Virus record (IMG/VR): IMGVR_UViG_3300037991_001323
Span: 1-41,652 of that record
Source: a virus
Taxonomy: Duplodnaviria; Caudoviricetes
Direction: 5' to 3' (one strand)
Length of the DNA stretch: 41,652 nt
Positions 24,289-34,034 of this stretch are shown piece after piece. The notes below the pieces were generated by a model, which was not told the origin of the DNA, did no database searches, and was given only the letters and a program-made list of their open reading frames with translations. The first letter of the stretch is position 1, and each line of letters opens with the position of its first letter. Made by a program: the position numbers and the translations under genes.

Positions 24289-26243
24289 GACCAGCCGCTC
24301 TAAAGTTTATAGAGCATGGCTATTACACAAATGCCTTAGCAGGCACAAAAGATTACTACGAGTTTTGGGACAATGAACAGCACAGATGTATGTATGGATA
24401 CACTGTGGGCGAGGGCACTGATCAAGAAATTACAATCACAGGCAATCATTACTTCTATCTTAACTATTGTCCTATAGATAGATCTGTAGACGAGGAGTTA
24501 CCAGACGGCACAGTAATTGCAAAACGTGAGCGCACGTTTCCTGCATTCTATGACGGGGATTACAAATATTTTACAGCTATAGATACATGTCGTAAGACTA
24601 ACAAGCACATGACTGTGCTAAAAGCAAGACGTAAAGGCTACTCTTACAAGGCAGCAGCTATGCTTGCACGTAATTATTTCCATATACGCAACAGTAAGAA
24701 CTATGTGTTTGCTGGGCAGAAAGAATACTTGATCGGGGACGGTCTATTGTCAAAGGCATGGGAGATATTGTCTTTTGTTGACGACAACACAGCTTGGACA
24801 CAGCCTAGATTACGTGATAGGGAGATGAACAAGATGTCTGGGTACAAGAAAAATGTAAACGGGTCTGATGTAGAGCTAGGTATGAAGTCAATGATTATGG
24901 GCGTGTCACTAAAAGACGCACCTGACAAAGTACGTGGTAAAGCAGGCGAGCTTATATTCTTTGAGGAGGCAGGTGCATTCCCAGGACTGCTAAAAGCATG
25001 GGAGGTTGCTATGCCTACAATGCGTCAGGGTAGTAAAACTCTAGGTACAATGGTAGCATTTGGTACAGGTGGTACAGATGGTGCTGATTTTGAGGGTATG
25101 GAGGAGTTGTTCTACAATCCTGAATCGTATGACTGCATGGCTTTTGACAATGAGTGGGATGACGGGGCTATGGGCACACAATGTGGACACTTTGTACCTA
25201 TTTACGAAAACTTAGATGGGTTTATTGACGCTGATGGTAACTCTGACACAGAAGGTGCAAAAGCTTTTGAGCAAGAAAATAGAAACAAGAAGAAAGGGAC
25301 TAACGATCCTAAAGCATACGACCAATACATAGCAGAACACCCTAATAGTCCTAGGGAGGCTACACTGCAAGTGTCATCTAACCTGTTTGACATTGCATCT
25401 TTGCAAGAACAATACAATAAAGTTAAGGTAAACAACTTGCAAAGTGTGGGGACAGCCGGTAAGTTATACTACGGCAAGGATAACAAGATACAGTTTAAGT
25501 TAGATGGTGATTTACGGCCTATATCTAGGTTTCCGCACAGAAAAGAAGACGATTTGTCTGGTGCAGTTGTGGTTTATGAAGGGCCGTACAAAAACCAAGA
25601 AGGACAAACACCGCATAACTTGTATTTAGTTTGTCATGACCCCTATGGGCAGAATAAAAGTGCAGACTCTACCTCGTTAGGTGCTGCATATGTAATAAAA
25701 AGAGTCAACAATATATCACAACCAGACGATATGATTGTTGCTAGCTACATAGGTAGGCCACAAACACAGGACGAGTACAACAGAAACTTGTTTATGCTAG
25801 CTGACTATTACAATGCCAAGATTGGGTTTGAGAATGACCGTGGTGCTGTGATACAATATGCAAAACAACACAGAAAGCTACACAAACTGCAGGTAGAGTT
25901 TGAGATGCTTGACAAAAAAGACTTACGCTCTAAAAATGTAAAGAGGCAATACGGTATGCACACAACAGAAGCTAGAAAAAGACAAGGCGAGTTGTACATA
26001 CGTGATTGGTTGAATACAGTTAGGAGTGTAAAAGAGGACGGGACAACTACACTAAACCTGCACAAGATATATGACTTAGCCCTGCTACAAGAACTGATAA
26101 AGTTTAACTACAAGGGCAACTTTGACCGCGTTATGGCACTTATGATTGGTATGTATCACACGCGAGAGTTGTATAATGCAGAAGTAAAAGAGGTATTAGA
26201 GGACAGATCAGTAGATTCCTGGTTTGACAATAACTACCATTAA
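24264..26243 (+). CDS. terL: Terminase large subunit
   Basis: Walker A LKARRKGYS, Walker B FFEEAG, coupling motif FGTGG, nuclease CHDPY and FDRVMA. Confidence 0.95.
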   Translation: MFKNTDRLRPAALKFIEHGYYTNALAGTKDYYEFWDNEQHRCMYGYTVGEGTDQEITITGNHYFYLNYCPIDRSVDEELPDGTVIAKRERTFPAFYDGDYKYFTAIDTCRKTNKHMTVLKARRKGYSYKAAAMLARNYFHIRNSKNYVFAGQKEYLIGDGLLSKAWEILSFVDDNTAWTQPRLRDREMNKMSGYKKNVNGSDVELGMKSMIMGVSLKDAPDKVRGKAGELIFFEEAGAFPGLLKAWEVAMPTMRQGSKTLGTMVAFGTGGTDGADFEGMEELFYNPESYDCMAFDNEWDDGAMGTQCGHFVPIYENLDGFIDADGNSDTEGAKAFEQENRNKKKGTNDPKAYDQYIAEHPNSPREATLQVSSNLFDIASLQEQYNKVKVNNLQSVGTAGKLYYGKDNKIQFKLDGDLRPISRFPHRKEDDLSGAVVVYEGPYKNQEGQTPHNLYLVCHDPYGQNKSADSTSLGAAYVIKRVNNISQPDDMIVASYIGRPQTQDEYNRNLFMLADYYNAKIGFENDRGAVIQYAKQHRKLHKLQVEFEMLDKKDLRSKNVKRQYGMHTTEARKRQGELYIRDWLNTVRSVKEDGTTTLNLHKIYDLALLQELIKFNYKGNFDRVMALMIGMYHTRELYNAEVKEVLEDRSVDSWFDNNYH

Positions 26244-26307
26244 GTGCTATACCAATAAGAGCACCTTTAAAATAACACATGTGCAGGATAGAGGGCTGTA
26301 CATTAAT

Positions 26308-26315
26308 TAACTTTG
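26308..26315 (+). promoter_or_regulatory. Bacteroidota -7 element for portal
   Basis: TAACTTTG, 6 nt before ATG 26322. Confidence 0.6.
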
Positions 26316-26321
26316 TATTCT

Positions 26322-28580
26322 ATGTATCTAGGGGGAGAAAAAATACCGCAGCAAAGGCTGCCTTTATCAAAGAAAACAAAAAAGTGGCGCGAGCAGTGCG
26401 TTGAAGCTTTTATCAGTTTATCACATAACGGTTTACACGATCACAAAAGTGATTTGCGTGTATTGTACGATTACTATAACGGTATAATTGACGAGGAAGA
26501 CTATCGTTACGTTCTAAAACCTTATGGCAAGAGCCGTAAGAACTTCCCCTCTAAAATGCGTAACTATCCTATTATTAAACCCATTGTGGATCTTCTCCTA
26601 GGCGAAAAGTCTAAAAGACCTCTCAATTATACTGTTACAGTACAAAATGCAAACGCAGTAAGCGAGAAAGAAAAAGCAAAGCAAGAGGCTATCTACCAGA
26701 ATTTGCAAATGCAATTCTTAAAAGTAATGTCTGAGCAAGCTCCTGATATGGTAGATCCTAATCAGGTTCCTCAAGAAATACCTATGCCTGAGCAGATTGC
26801 TAGCCAGTTTGACAACAACTATGTAGACAACAGAGCTATCAAAGGCCAGTATGCTATGACATACATTATGCAGGATCAAGAAGTATACGACAAGTTACAA
26901 AAGGCTTGGTTTCACTTCTTAGTTGCAGGCGAGGTGTACACGCATAGAGGTGTACGTAACAGAGAACCATTTTACGAAATACTTAATCCAATAGATGTAG
27001 ATTACGACAAAGATCCTGATCTAGAGTTTGTGGAGGATGGTGACTGGGCACTTGTACGTAAATATGTACATGCGTCTACAGTCATTGACTATTACCATGA
27101 CGCACTAAACGATCAACAAGTTCTAGAGCTAGAAGAGCCTAGACAGCACGATATTGACAGTCATTTATTTTACAAATCTTCTACTACCGACCCTAACATA
27201 CATAGAAATAGATTAGTTGAGGTAACTACAGTGTATTGGAAATCTAGAAAGCGTATTGGTTTCTTAGAGTACCTTGATCCAGAAACAGGGTCTATTGAGA
27301 CTATAGAGGTGGACGAAACTTTCAGAATGCCTGCAGAAATGAAAGAGGCAGGAGGAAAAGTAAAATACATGTGGGTAAATGAGGTATGGGAAGGTACCCG
27401 AATAGACGGGAGGTTCTACATAAACATAAACCCACTAGCAAATCAGCGTATATCGCTTGACAATCCTTCTAAGTGTAAATTACCTATTAACGGTAGAAAA
27501 TATTCTGACATAAACTCTAGAAATGTATCTCTAGTGTCTTTGGGTATTGCATACCAGTTAAATTATAATATTTACAAGTATCGATTAGAGCTTGCTATTG
27601 CTAGAAGTAAAGATATTATTGCACAGTTTGACATTAACATGATTCCTAAGAAGTGGGACATGGATAAGTTTATGTACTATGTAGAAGGTACAGGTATTGC
27701 GTGGGTTGACTACAACAAAGAAGGTATACAGCTATCTCCACAGCACCAGTCTGTACTAGATATGTCAATCAAGACTATACAGCAGTACATTGTGTTGCTT
27801 GACTCTATTTTACAAGAGTGGGAAAAACTATCTGGTGTATCTAGACAACGACAAGGTGAGATAGGTGCATACGAAGGCAAGGCATCTAGCCAACAAGCTA
27901 TATTACAGTCATCGCACATTACAGAAGACATGTTCCGCAAGTTTGCTAGACTAGAGCAGAGAGATATGCAAGCACTACTTGACTATTCTAAAGAAGCATG
28001 GTTGACAGGTAAGAAAGGACAGTTTGTTATGCCAGATGGTACAACGGATTTCTTGGACTTGGATTCTATGGAGCACTTAGAATCTGAGTACGGCATATTT
28101 GTATCTGACTCTGGTAAAGATCAACTCAAGCTAGATCAGATCAAAGGCTTGACACAGGCTATGATTCAGAACGGTGCTAAGACATCTACAGTTGCAGAGA
28201 TGTTAGATGCAGAGAGTTTCCCACAAATCAAAGAGAAACTAAAAGCAGCAGAGAAAGCTCAACAAGAGTTAGAGCAAGCACAACAACAAGCTCAACAACA
28301 GCAACAGCAACAAGCTATGCAAATCCAACAGCAGCAAATGCAGATGGATGCTCTAGAGAAAGATAAAGACAGACAAGCTAAGATAGAAGTAGCTCTTATC
28401 AATGCAGAGGCACGTAGAGATCCTGCAGCAGAGAACTTTAACTTGCAAAAAATGATGCAAGACTTTGAAGTTAAGCAAAGAGAGCTAGATCTAACAGAGC
28501 AAGAAATACAACGTAAGTCACAAGCAGACGAAAACAACGCAGATATTCAGAGAGAGAATGCTAGACAACAAGAGTCGTAG
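26322..28580 (+). CDS. Portal protein
   Basis: Follows TerL. PQQRLPLSKKTKKW, NYPIIKPIVDLLLGE, WVNEVWEG and LSGVSRQRQG are typical of crAss-like portals; Q-rich coiled-coil C-terminus. Start moved from TTG 26313 to ATG 26322. Confidence 0.9.
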   Translation: MYLGGEKIPQQRLPLSKKTKKWREQCVEAFISLSHNGLHDHKSDLRVLYDYYNGIIDEEDYRYVLKPYGKSRKNFPSKMRNYPIIKPIVDLLLGEKSKRPLNYTVTVQNANAVSEKEKAKQEAIYQNLQMQFLKVMSEQAPDMVDPNQVPQEIPMPEQIASQFDNNYVDNRAIKGQYAMTYIMQDQEVYDKLQKAWFHFLVAGEVYTHRGVRNREPFYEILNPIDVDYDKDPDLEFVEDGDWALVRKYVHASTVIDYYHDALNDQQVLELEEPRQHDIDSHLFYKSSTTDPNIHRNRLVEVTTVYWKSRKRIGFLEYLDPETGSIETIEVDETFRMPAEMKEAGGKVKYMWVNEVWEGTRIDGRFYININPLANQRISLDNPSKCKLPINGRKYSDINSRNVSLVSLGIAYQLNYNIYKYRLELAIARSKDIIAQFDINMIPKKWDMDKFMYYVEGTGIAWVDYNKEGIQLSPQHQSVLDMSIKTIQQYIVLLDSILQEWEKLSGVSRQRQGEIGAYEGKASSQQAILQSSHITEDMFRKFARLEQRDMQALLDYSKEAWLTGKKGQFVMPDGTTDFLDLDSMEHLESEYGIFVSDSGKDQLKLDQIKGLTQAMIQNGAKTSTVAEMLDAESFPQIKEKLKAAEKAQQELEQAQQQAQQQQQQQAMQIQQQQMQMDALEKDKDRQAKIEVALINAEARRDPAAENFNLQKMMQDFEVKQRELDLTEQEIQRKSQADENNADIQRENARQQES

Positions 28581-30441
28581 AGAAATCCTAGAAGCAGCTA
28601 AAGCAACTGACTATCAAGGCAGCATTATGGATCTTTACGATGCTGCTAGGCAAGGTCAAGATGTAATGCAAATGTTACAGCCTATGCAGGTTGCACAAAC
28701 TCCTGAACAGAAGCAGATAGGTTTACGAGAACAGCATGCTATGGGTAATACCCAAGCTAGTATGGCATTCCCAGATACACCCCCTAACGCAGAGTTTAAT
28801 ACGGTAGGTATGAAAGTACCTATTAATATTAGCAAGTTTGACGAACAAGGACACCTAGTACAATCGTTTAAGAATGTGCCACCAGGTATAGAAAGCTTAC
28901 CTACTGGTCCAGGCAAGGGCACAGTTATAGAAACACCTGCATACAAGAAAGGTGGATACAAAGCTAAATATCAGAAAGGGGGTTTTGAGAAATATTATCA
29001 AAGTCTTCCGCCCGAAAAGAGAGATACTTCTCAGTACAATCTTAGAAGAGCATTTGAATTAGCACCTGAAGAACAGTTGTCTAAATTTGCTAACGACCCT
29101 AAAGCCCACCTTAATACTTTCTATTTTAATAAAGAAGGCGTAGGTGAGTTTATGAAAAGTCCAGATCACCCCACAACAGACAAAGAGTTAGACTTTTACT
29201 ATTCTGACGCTGATGATGCTAAAAAATTTAGAAGTACGTACAACTTAGTGCAAGATAAATCTGGATATAAATACATACCCAAATATCAAACAGGGAGTTT
29301 TAAAGATGGTATGCGAGGCATGATGAAAGCTCGTATTGCACTGGAAAACGAGTTTGGTAATAATCCTGCTATACAGAGAATGATTGTACCGCCTGATAAT
29401 CCATATCAATTTAAAGATGGCACAACAGGTACACATCTTATGGGTAGTTATGGTGATTATGCTATTCCTGATATACAGGATGTAAATGGTAAATTAGATG
29501 AGACAGGCCCTAGAATGGATGAGGCTATACGTTTTGACCGCCCTGAAGACGCTATATATTTTGCTGAAGAAAACTATAAAGATGTAGCTCCAGCATTTAA
29601 TGAAAGCATATATCCAAATAAATATCAATTAGGAAGTTTTAAAGATAGATTATTTCCTCCAAAGGTTCAGCAAATGCATAACAATTTAGAACCTGTTAAT
29701 TATGGCGGCATGCTAGATGAGGTAACTATTACACCTTATACTCAATCAGAGTTGGCACTTCAAGAACGAATGGGCAATAAAGCTACAGGAGGAATAGAGC
29801 CTGTGTATCCTGTATTTGATGCATTAACTGGACTTGGTGTTACTCGCGCAGGTGCTAAAAAATTAGGATCAAGCATAGCGTCAAAAGCTAATACTACATT
29901 ATCAAAAGCTACCACTCCGTCTCTTTACAGAAACATAGACAATGCCGTAAGCGGGTTTCAATTTACAGATGATATGGCAAGGCAGGCAGCTAAGCAACCG
30001 TTAGCACTGCCAGAGCCTGCAACTTTTTATAGAGGTACTACCCCTGATAAATTTGCAGATATTATGAATCCTATTTCTACTGCAGGAGATAAATTTAGTA
30101 AGGCGGAAAATTTAAGATTTTTTAGCCCTGATAAAGGCATGGCACGTAGATACATGCAGGAAGCTGGAGATCAAGGAATGGGAGTGTCTGCAAGACTTAA
30201 CATACAAAATCCTTTTAATCAAGGCACTAATCCAAAAGTATTAGACAACCAGTACATACAAAGTTTAATGGATCAAGGGTACGATGCTGTGTACACTCAA
30301 GGGGCAAAAGGTCCCGGATTAAGGGACGCATACGAAATAATTCCTTTGGATAAAAATGTAATACAAAATGCACAACGGGTAAATAATTTTAGAACTGGAG
30401 GTAGACAAGTGTTATATAATAAAGCATATACGAAAAAATAA
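28558..30441 (+). CDS. Modular (probably virion-associated) protein with KYQxG(G/S)F junctions and a C-terminal ADP-ribosyltransferase-like domain
   Basis: Repeats AYKKGG, KYQKGGF, KYQTGSF, KYQLGSF and FRTGG; last domain FYRGT...FFSPDKGMARRY...LNIQNPF...GYDAV...YEII. Confidence 0.6.
   Translation: MLDNKSRREILEAAKATDYQGSIMDLYDAARQGQDVMQMLQPMQVAQTPEQKQIGLREQHAMGNTQASMAFPDTPPNAEFNTVGMKVPINISKFDEQGHLVQSFKNVPPGIESLPTGPGKGTVIETPAYKKGGYKAKYQKGGFEKYYQSLPPEKRDTSQYNLRRAFELAPEEQLSKFANDPKAHLNTFYFNKEGVGEFMKSPDHPTTDKELDFYYSDADDAKKFRSTYNLVQDKSGYKYIPKYQTGSFKDGMRGMMKARIALENEFGNNPAIQRMIVPPDNPYQFKDGTTGTHLMGSYGDYAIPDIQDVNGKLDETGPRMDEAIRFDRPEDAIYFAEENYKDVAPAFNESIYPNKYQLGSFKDRLFPPKVQQMHNNLEPVNYGGMLDEVTITPYTQSELALQERMGNKATGGIEPVYPVFDALTGLGVTRAGAKKLGSSIASKANTTLSKATTPSLYRNIDNAVSGFQFTDDMARQAAKQPLALPEPATFYRGTTPDKFADIMNPISTAGDKFSKAENLRFFSPDKGMARRYMQEAGDQGMGVSARLNIQNPFNQGTNPKVLDNQYIQSLMDQGYDAVYTQGAKGPGLRDAYEIIPLDKNVIQNAQRVNNFRTGGRQVLYNKAYTKK
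29281..29646 (+). repeat. 27-bp imperfect direct repeat pair flanking a protein module
   Basis: AAATATCAAACAGGGAGTTTTAAAGAT (29281) vs AAATATCAATTAGGAAGTTTTAAAGAT (29620), 24/27 identical. Confidence 0.8.
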
Positions 30442-30471
30442 TCAAACCAGATAAATCGGACTAATTTTAAA

Positions 30472-30479
30472 TAATTTTG
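30472..30479 (+). promoter_or_regulatory. Bacteroidota -7 element for scaffold/capsid genes
   Basis: TAATTTTG, 21 nt before ATG 30501. Confidence 0.55.
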
Positions 30480-30500
30480 TAAAGATTAATTTTATAGACA

Positions 30501-31589
30501 ATGAGTGACGCACAAGAAAAAATTGCATTAGACGACATATCTTTTGATGATATGTTTGATGGTGTGTCAATGGACTCAGAGACCAATACTGAGGAAGTTG
30601 TAGAAGAACCAACAAATGAGACCCCTGAAGCTGCAGAGCTAGACGAAGACGCAGCCCTTATGTCAGAAGAACCTGAAGGAGAGGTAGAAGAAGAAGATGA
30701 CGAGGAGCTAGAAGACGAGCTAGATGAAGTAGAGGAGAAGGAGAATGTTACAGAAGAAGCCGTAGAAGATGGCACACTTGTAGGAGAAATTCTATCTAAG
30801 TTAGGATACGAAGTAGAAGACGAATACGAGGATACCACTGAGGGCTTATTACAGTTAACTCAAGATATGAGTTCTAAGATGGCAGAAGATCAATTAGATA
30901 ATCTGTTTGAAAAGTTCCCACTGGTTAAAAACCATCTTGAGTACGTTCTTAACGGAGGTGACTCGCAAGAGTTTATGCAGGCATACGATCCTAACTTGGA
31001 CTATGACCAGATTGAACTTGATGAAGACGATGTTAGAAGCCAAAAAGGAATCTTAGCGGATTACTTTGCTGCAAAAGGCCACGACAACGAATTTATTGAG
31101 GAGATGCTAGATGATTATGAGGATACAGGTAAACTGTTCCAAAAATCAGAAGCTGCTAGAAAAGCTCTAGCTAAATCACAAGTTGCGCAAAGACAACAGC
31201 GAGCCCAACAAGAAGAAGAACAGACACAATTTTGGAACGGTGTTTATGAAACAATTAGTAATACAGACGAGTTTGCAGGTATTACAGTTCCTAAAAAAGA
31301 TAAGGCTAAGTTCTTTGATTATGTATCGAAGCCAGTAACTAAGGAAGGGTTTACACAACGTGACCTAGATCATAGAGAGGCGCAGATGGATGTAAAGCTA
31401 GCGATTGACTACTTGATGTACAAGGGTTTTAATCTAGACAAAATCATCAATACAAAAGCAAAGACAAAAGCAACAACATCATTGAGAGATAGAATCTCTA
31501 AGAATGAAGAAAGAGTTAAGAGTGCAAGAAAGGCCTCTAGACGACCATCTTCAGCTATTGACTTAGATGCTCTAGATCTTGATATATGA
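30501..31589 (+). CDS. Putative capsid scaffolding protein
   Basis: Very acidic N-terminus, helical, directly upstream of the major capsid gene. Confidence 0.7.
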   Translation: MSDAQEKIALDDISFDDMFDGVSMDSETNTEEVVEEPTNETPEAAELDEDAALMSEEPEGEVEEEDDEELEDELDEVEEKENVTEEAVEDGTLVGEILSKLGYEVEDEYEDTTEGLLQLTQDMSSKMAEDQLDNLFEKFPLVKNHLEYVLNGGDSQEFMQAYDPNLDYDQIELDEDDVRSQKGILADYFAAKGHDNEFIEEMLDDYEDTGKLFQKSEAARKALAKSQVAQRQQRAQQEEEQTQFWNGVYETISNTDEFAGITVPKKDKAKFFDYVSKPVTKEGFTQRDLDHREAQMDVKLAIDYLMYKGFNLDKIINTKAKTKATTSLRDRISKNEERVKSARKASRRPSSAIDLDALDLDI

Positions 31590-31636
31590 TAAATGGCAAT
31601 TTTAAAATGCGCTAACTTTAATAATTAGATAAAAAA

Positions 31637-33085
31637 ATGGCAATTAACGGAACAAACATTTCTGTGCAGAAAACGTTTTACAACGACTCACAGATGACAG
31701 ACATGAACAGTCTGGCAAATGCTTTGCTCTCGAAACCATCTGAGTTATCTCCAATCATCACTCACCTAGCAGGTAAAGATGACAAGCGTTTCCCATTATC
31801 TTTCTTAACAGAAGGTGTAGGTAACGTACAGTCTATCGACCGTCTTGAGTATGAATATCGTGTGGCAACACATCGTTTGAGAACTCGTCCAGTTTCAGGA
31901 GCACCTAGCAGCACTTCTAACTTAGGTCTTGGTGGCTCTTCTTTCGAGATTGAGTTTCCTGACAAACACTTTGTATTCCCTTACGTACTTGTATCTCAAT
32001 CAGGTGCGCAGGCTCGTATCATGAAAGAACCACAGCAAGTAGCTGGTAATACAGGCTGGAAATACACTCTCCAGATTGTAAATCCTTCTAGCACTGCTAC
32101 TGTACCTGCAGCTGACGTTGCAGTTGGTGCATTGTGGGCTCAGATGTTTGCCCCTGTAGGGACAGACTTCTCTCGTGGTAACGCATCTAACTGGGAATCT
32201 CCAGGTTTGGTACGTAACAAATTAACTACAGTACGTAAGTCTTACCACATGTCTGGTAACGCTAAAGAATTTGTAGCTGAGTTTGCTCTACCAACAAAAG
32301 GTGGTTCTACAACTAAGTTGTGGATGGACTACGAAGAGTACTTACACATGTTAGACTTCAAAGAAGAATGTGAAATGTACTACTGGTACGGAGAGAAAAC
32401 TTACGACAACAACGGTCACACTTTCATGAAAGATGAAAATGGTCAGCCTGTAATCGTAGGTCCTGGTTTGTTCCAGCAGATTGTAAATAAAGACACTTAC
32501 TCTACTATGACAGAGTCTAAGCTTAAAAACATCATCGGTGACTTATTCTACGGAATGACTGATGCTGCTCAAAAGCAAATTACTCTGTACACTGGTACGG
32601 GTGGTGCACGAGAGTTTGATGAAGCTCTTAAATCTCACTTCTCAAGCAATACCTTCAAGGTAGGTGGTGAGAACCGATTCATCACAGGTAGCGGACGTAA
32701 CTTAGGATTAACTGGTTACTTCACTACTTATGAGCACGTAGATGGACACGTAGTAAACGTGGTTAAACTACCTATTTTTGACCATGGTGCTGTTGCCCAG
32801 GCTCGTGCTAAACATCCTGTTACAGGTTACTCACTTGAGTCTTACCGTATGGTGTTTGTTGATCAGTCTAACTACGACGGTCAGAACAACTTACAAATGA
32901 TCTCTAAGAAAGGTCGTGAGATGATGCGTTGGTGTGTAGCTGGTTCAGTTGTTCCAAAAGGATTCGAATCGACTTCTGCAAGAGCATCTGATGTAGACGG
33001 GGCAAGCGTACACATGTTGAAGACGGCTGGTCTAGCGCTTAAGCGTTTTGACACGTCATTAGACATTGAGTGTGTCGCTTCTTAA
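31637..33085 (+). CDS. Major capsid protein (HK97 fold, crAss-like)
   Basis: 482 aa after portal and scaffold; RNKLTTVRKSYHMSGN, GPGLFQQI and LYTGTGGAREF; biased codons suggest high expression. Confidence 0.9.
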   Translation: MAINGTNISVQKTFYNDSQMTDMNSLANALLSKPSELSPIITHLAGKDDKRFPLSFLTEGVGNVQSIDRLEYEYRVATHRLRTRPVSGAPSSTSNLGLGGSSFEIEFPDKHFVFPYVLVSQSGAQARIMKEPQQVAGNTGWKYTLQIVNPSSTATVPAADVAVGALWAQMFAPVGTDFSRGNASNWESPGLVRNKLTTVRKSYHMSGNAKEFVAEFALPTKGGSTTKLWMDYEEYLHMLDFKEECEMYYWYGEKTYDNNGHTFMKDENGQPVIVGPGLFQQIVNKDTYSTMTESKLKNIIGDLFYGMTDAAQKQITLYTGTGGAREFDEALKSHFSSNTFKVGGENRFITGSGRNLGLTGYFTTYEHVDGHVVNVVKLPIFDHGAVAQARAKHPVTGYSLESYRMVFVDQSNYDGQNNLQMISKKGREMMRWCVAGSVVPKGFESTSARASDVDGASVHMLKTAGLALKRFDTSLDIECVAS

Positions 33086-33121
33086 TAAAGGCGTGTAACG
33101 CGGTCTATATATTGGTTTGGT

Positions 33122-33160
33122 TGAGGTTGTGGGGAGCTTTGCTCCTCACATCCTTACTTT
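33122..33160 (+). terminator. Hairpin/terminator after the capsid gene
   Basis: TGTGGGGAGC-TTT-GCTCCTCACA extended by GAGG/CCTT, followed by ACTTT. Confidence 0.6.
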
Positions 33161-33220
33161 AAAATATAGGAGAGTTATTCTTTCCACCCTATAACAATTA
33201 AAACTAAAAAGAACTGAATT

Positions 33221-34033
33221 ATGAGTAAAAAAGTATTTATTAGGAGAAAGGACATTGATGGTCACTTACCTAAGCAAGTACGAGCTGAGGCAACTATGAA
33301 ACTCAGTAGTATCTATGTAAATAGACAACCTTTGCACGGTTTTAGTGCTGAGGATAACAAGAAGTATCTGGATGGTATTTTAGATGTGACGCCAGAACAT
33401 GTTGACTGGCCAAAGCATGTAAAAAATTTCTACGCAGATCTTACTATTCCTGTAGGATTTACAGGAGTTGAACTAGAGGTAGGTTTAGATGGTAATAATA
33501 ACCCAATAAACATAATGGATTACATTAAGTACAATTTTGCACTTAAACATCCACATGTAGCACTGACCAAAGAGGAAATGGATGGCAACTTTAACAAGCG
33601 ATTCTATATCCAAGATCTAGGAAGAGAGGATAAGGTTAAGAACAATGAGATCAAACTTAAGAAAGATGCAGACAAAGCGTTTATCAAACTTTCTTCTAGT
33701 TTACTAAACATGAAGCGTGTATTACGTTTGATGGCAAATAGCAATCCTGATAGAATGACAGAGGAGCAAGTAGAAAACTCACTATACGAGTTGAAAAACA
33801 AAAACCCAAAGAAATTCTTACGTATTGCTACTGACAAGAACTTAGAACTAAAAGCAGAAATTGATGAAATGGTATCTGCAGGAGTTCTTAGAAAAATTGG
33901 AAACCAAGTTATCTTTATTGACGAGGTCTTAGGAGAAACAGTTGATGATACAGTTGTTTATCTAAAAGACAAGAAAAATTCAGGTAAGTTGACAGTACTA
34001 AGAGCCAAACTGCAAGAGTTGGCATTGACTTAA
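33221..34033 (+). CDS. Conserved crAss-like protein downstream of the capsid gene
   Basis: 270-aa ORF at a conserved position. Confidence 0.65.
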   Translation: MSKKVFIRRKDIDGHLPKQVRAEATMKLSSIYVNRQPLHGFSAEDNKKYLDGILDVTPEHVDWPKHVKNFYADLTIPVGFTGVELEVGLDGNNNPINIMDYIKYNFALKHPHVALTKEEMDGNFNKRFYIQDLGREDKVKNNEIKLKKDADKAFIKLSSSLLNMKRVLRLMANSNPDRMTEEQVENSLYELKNKNPKKFLRIATDKNLELKAEIDEMVSAGVLRKIGNQVIFIDEVLGETVDDTVVYLKDKKNSGKLTVLRAKLQELALT

Positions 34034-34034
34034 T

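Noticed and set aside
16231-26243. Introns or inteins in the polymerase or terminase, common in crAss-like phages
   Set aside because: Both ORFs are continuous, of normal length, with no intein splice motifs or homing endonuclease domains.
28258-28345. CAA/CAG-rich tract as a possible tandem repeat element
   Set aside because: It encodes the Gln-rich coiled coil usual at portal C-termini.
30467-30838. Ser-rich - strand ORF and the many other short opposite-strand ORFs in the track
   Set aside because: These are antisense shadows of real genes (here of GAA/GAC-rich acidic codons), with no independent start signals.
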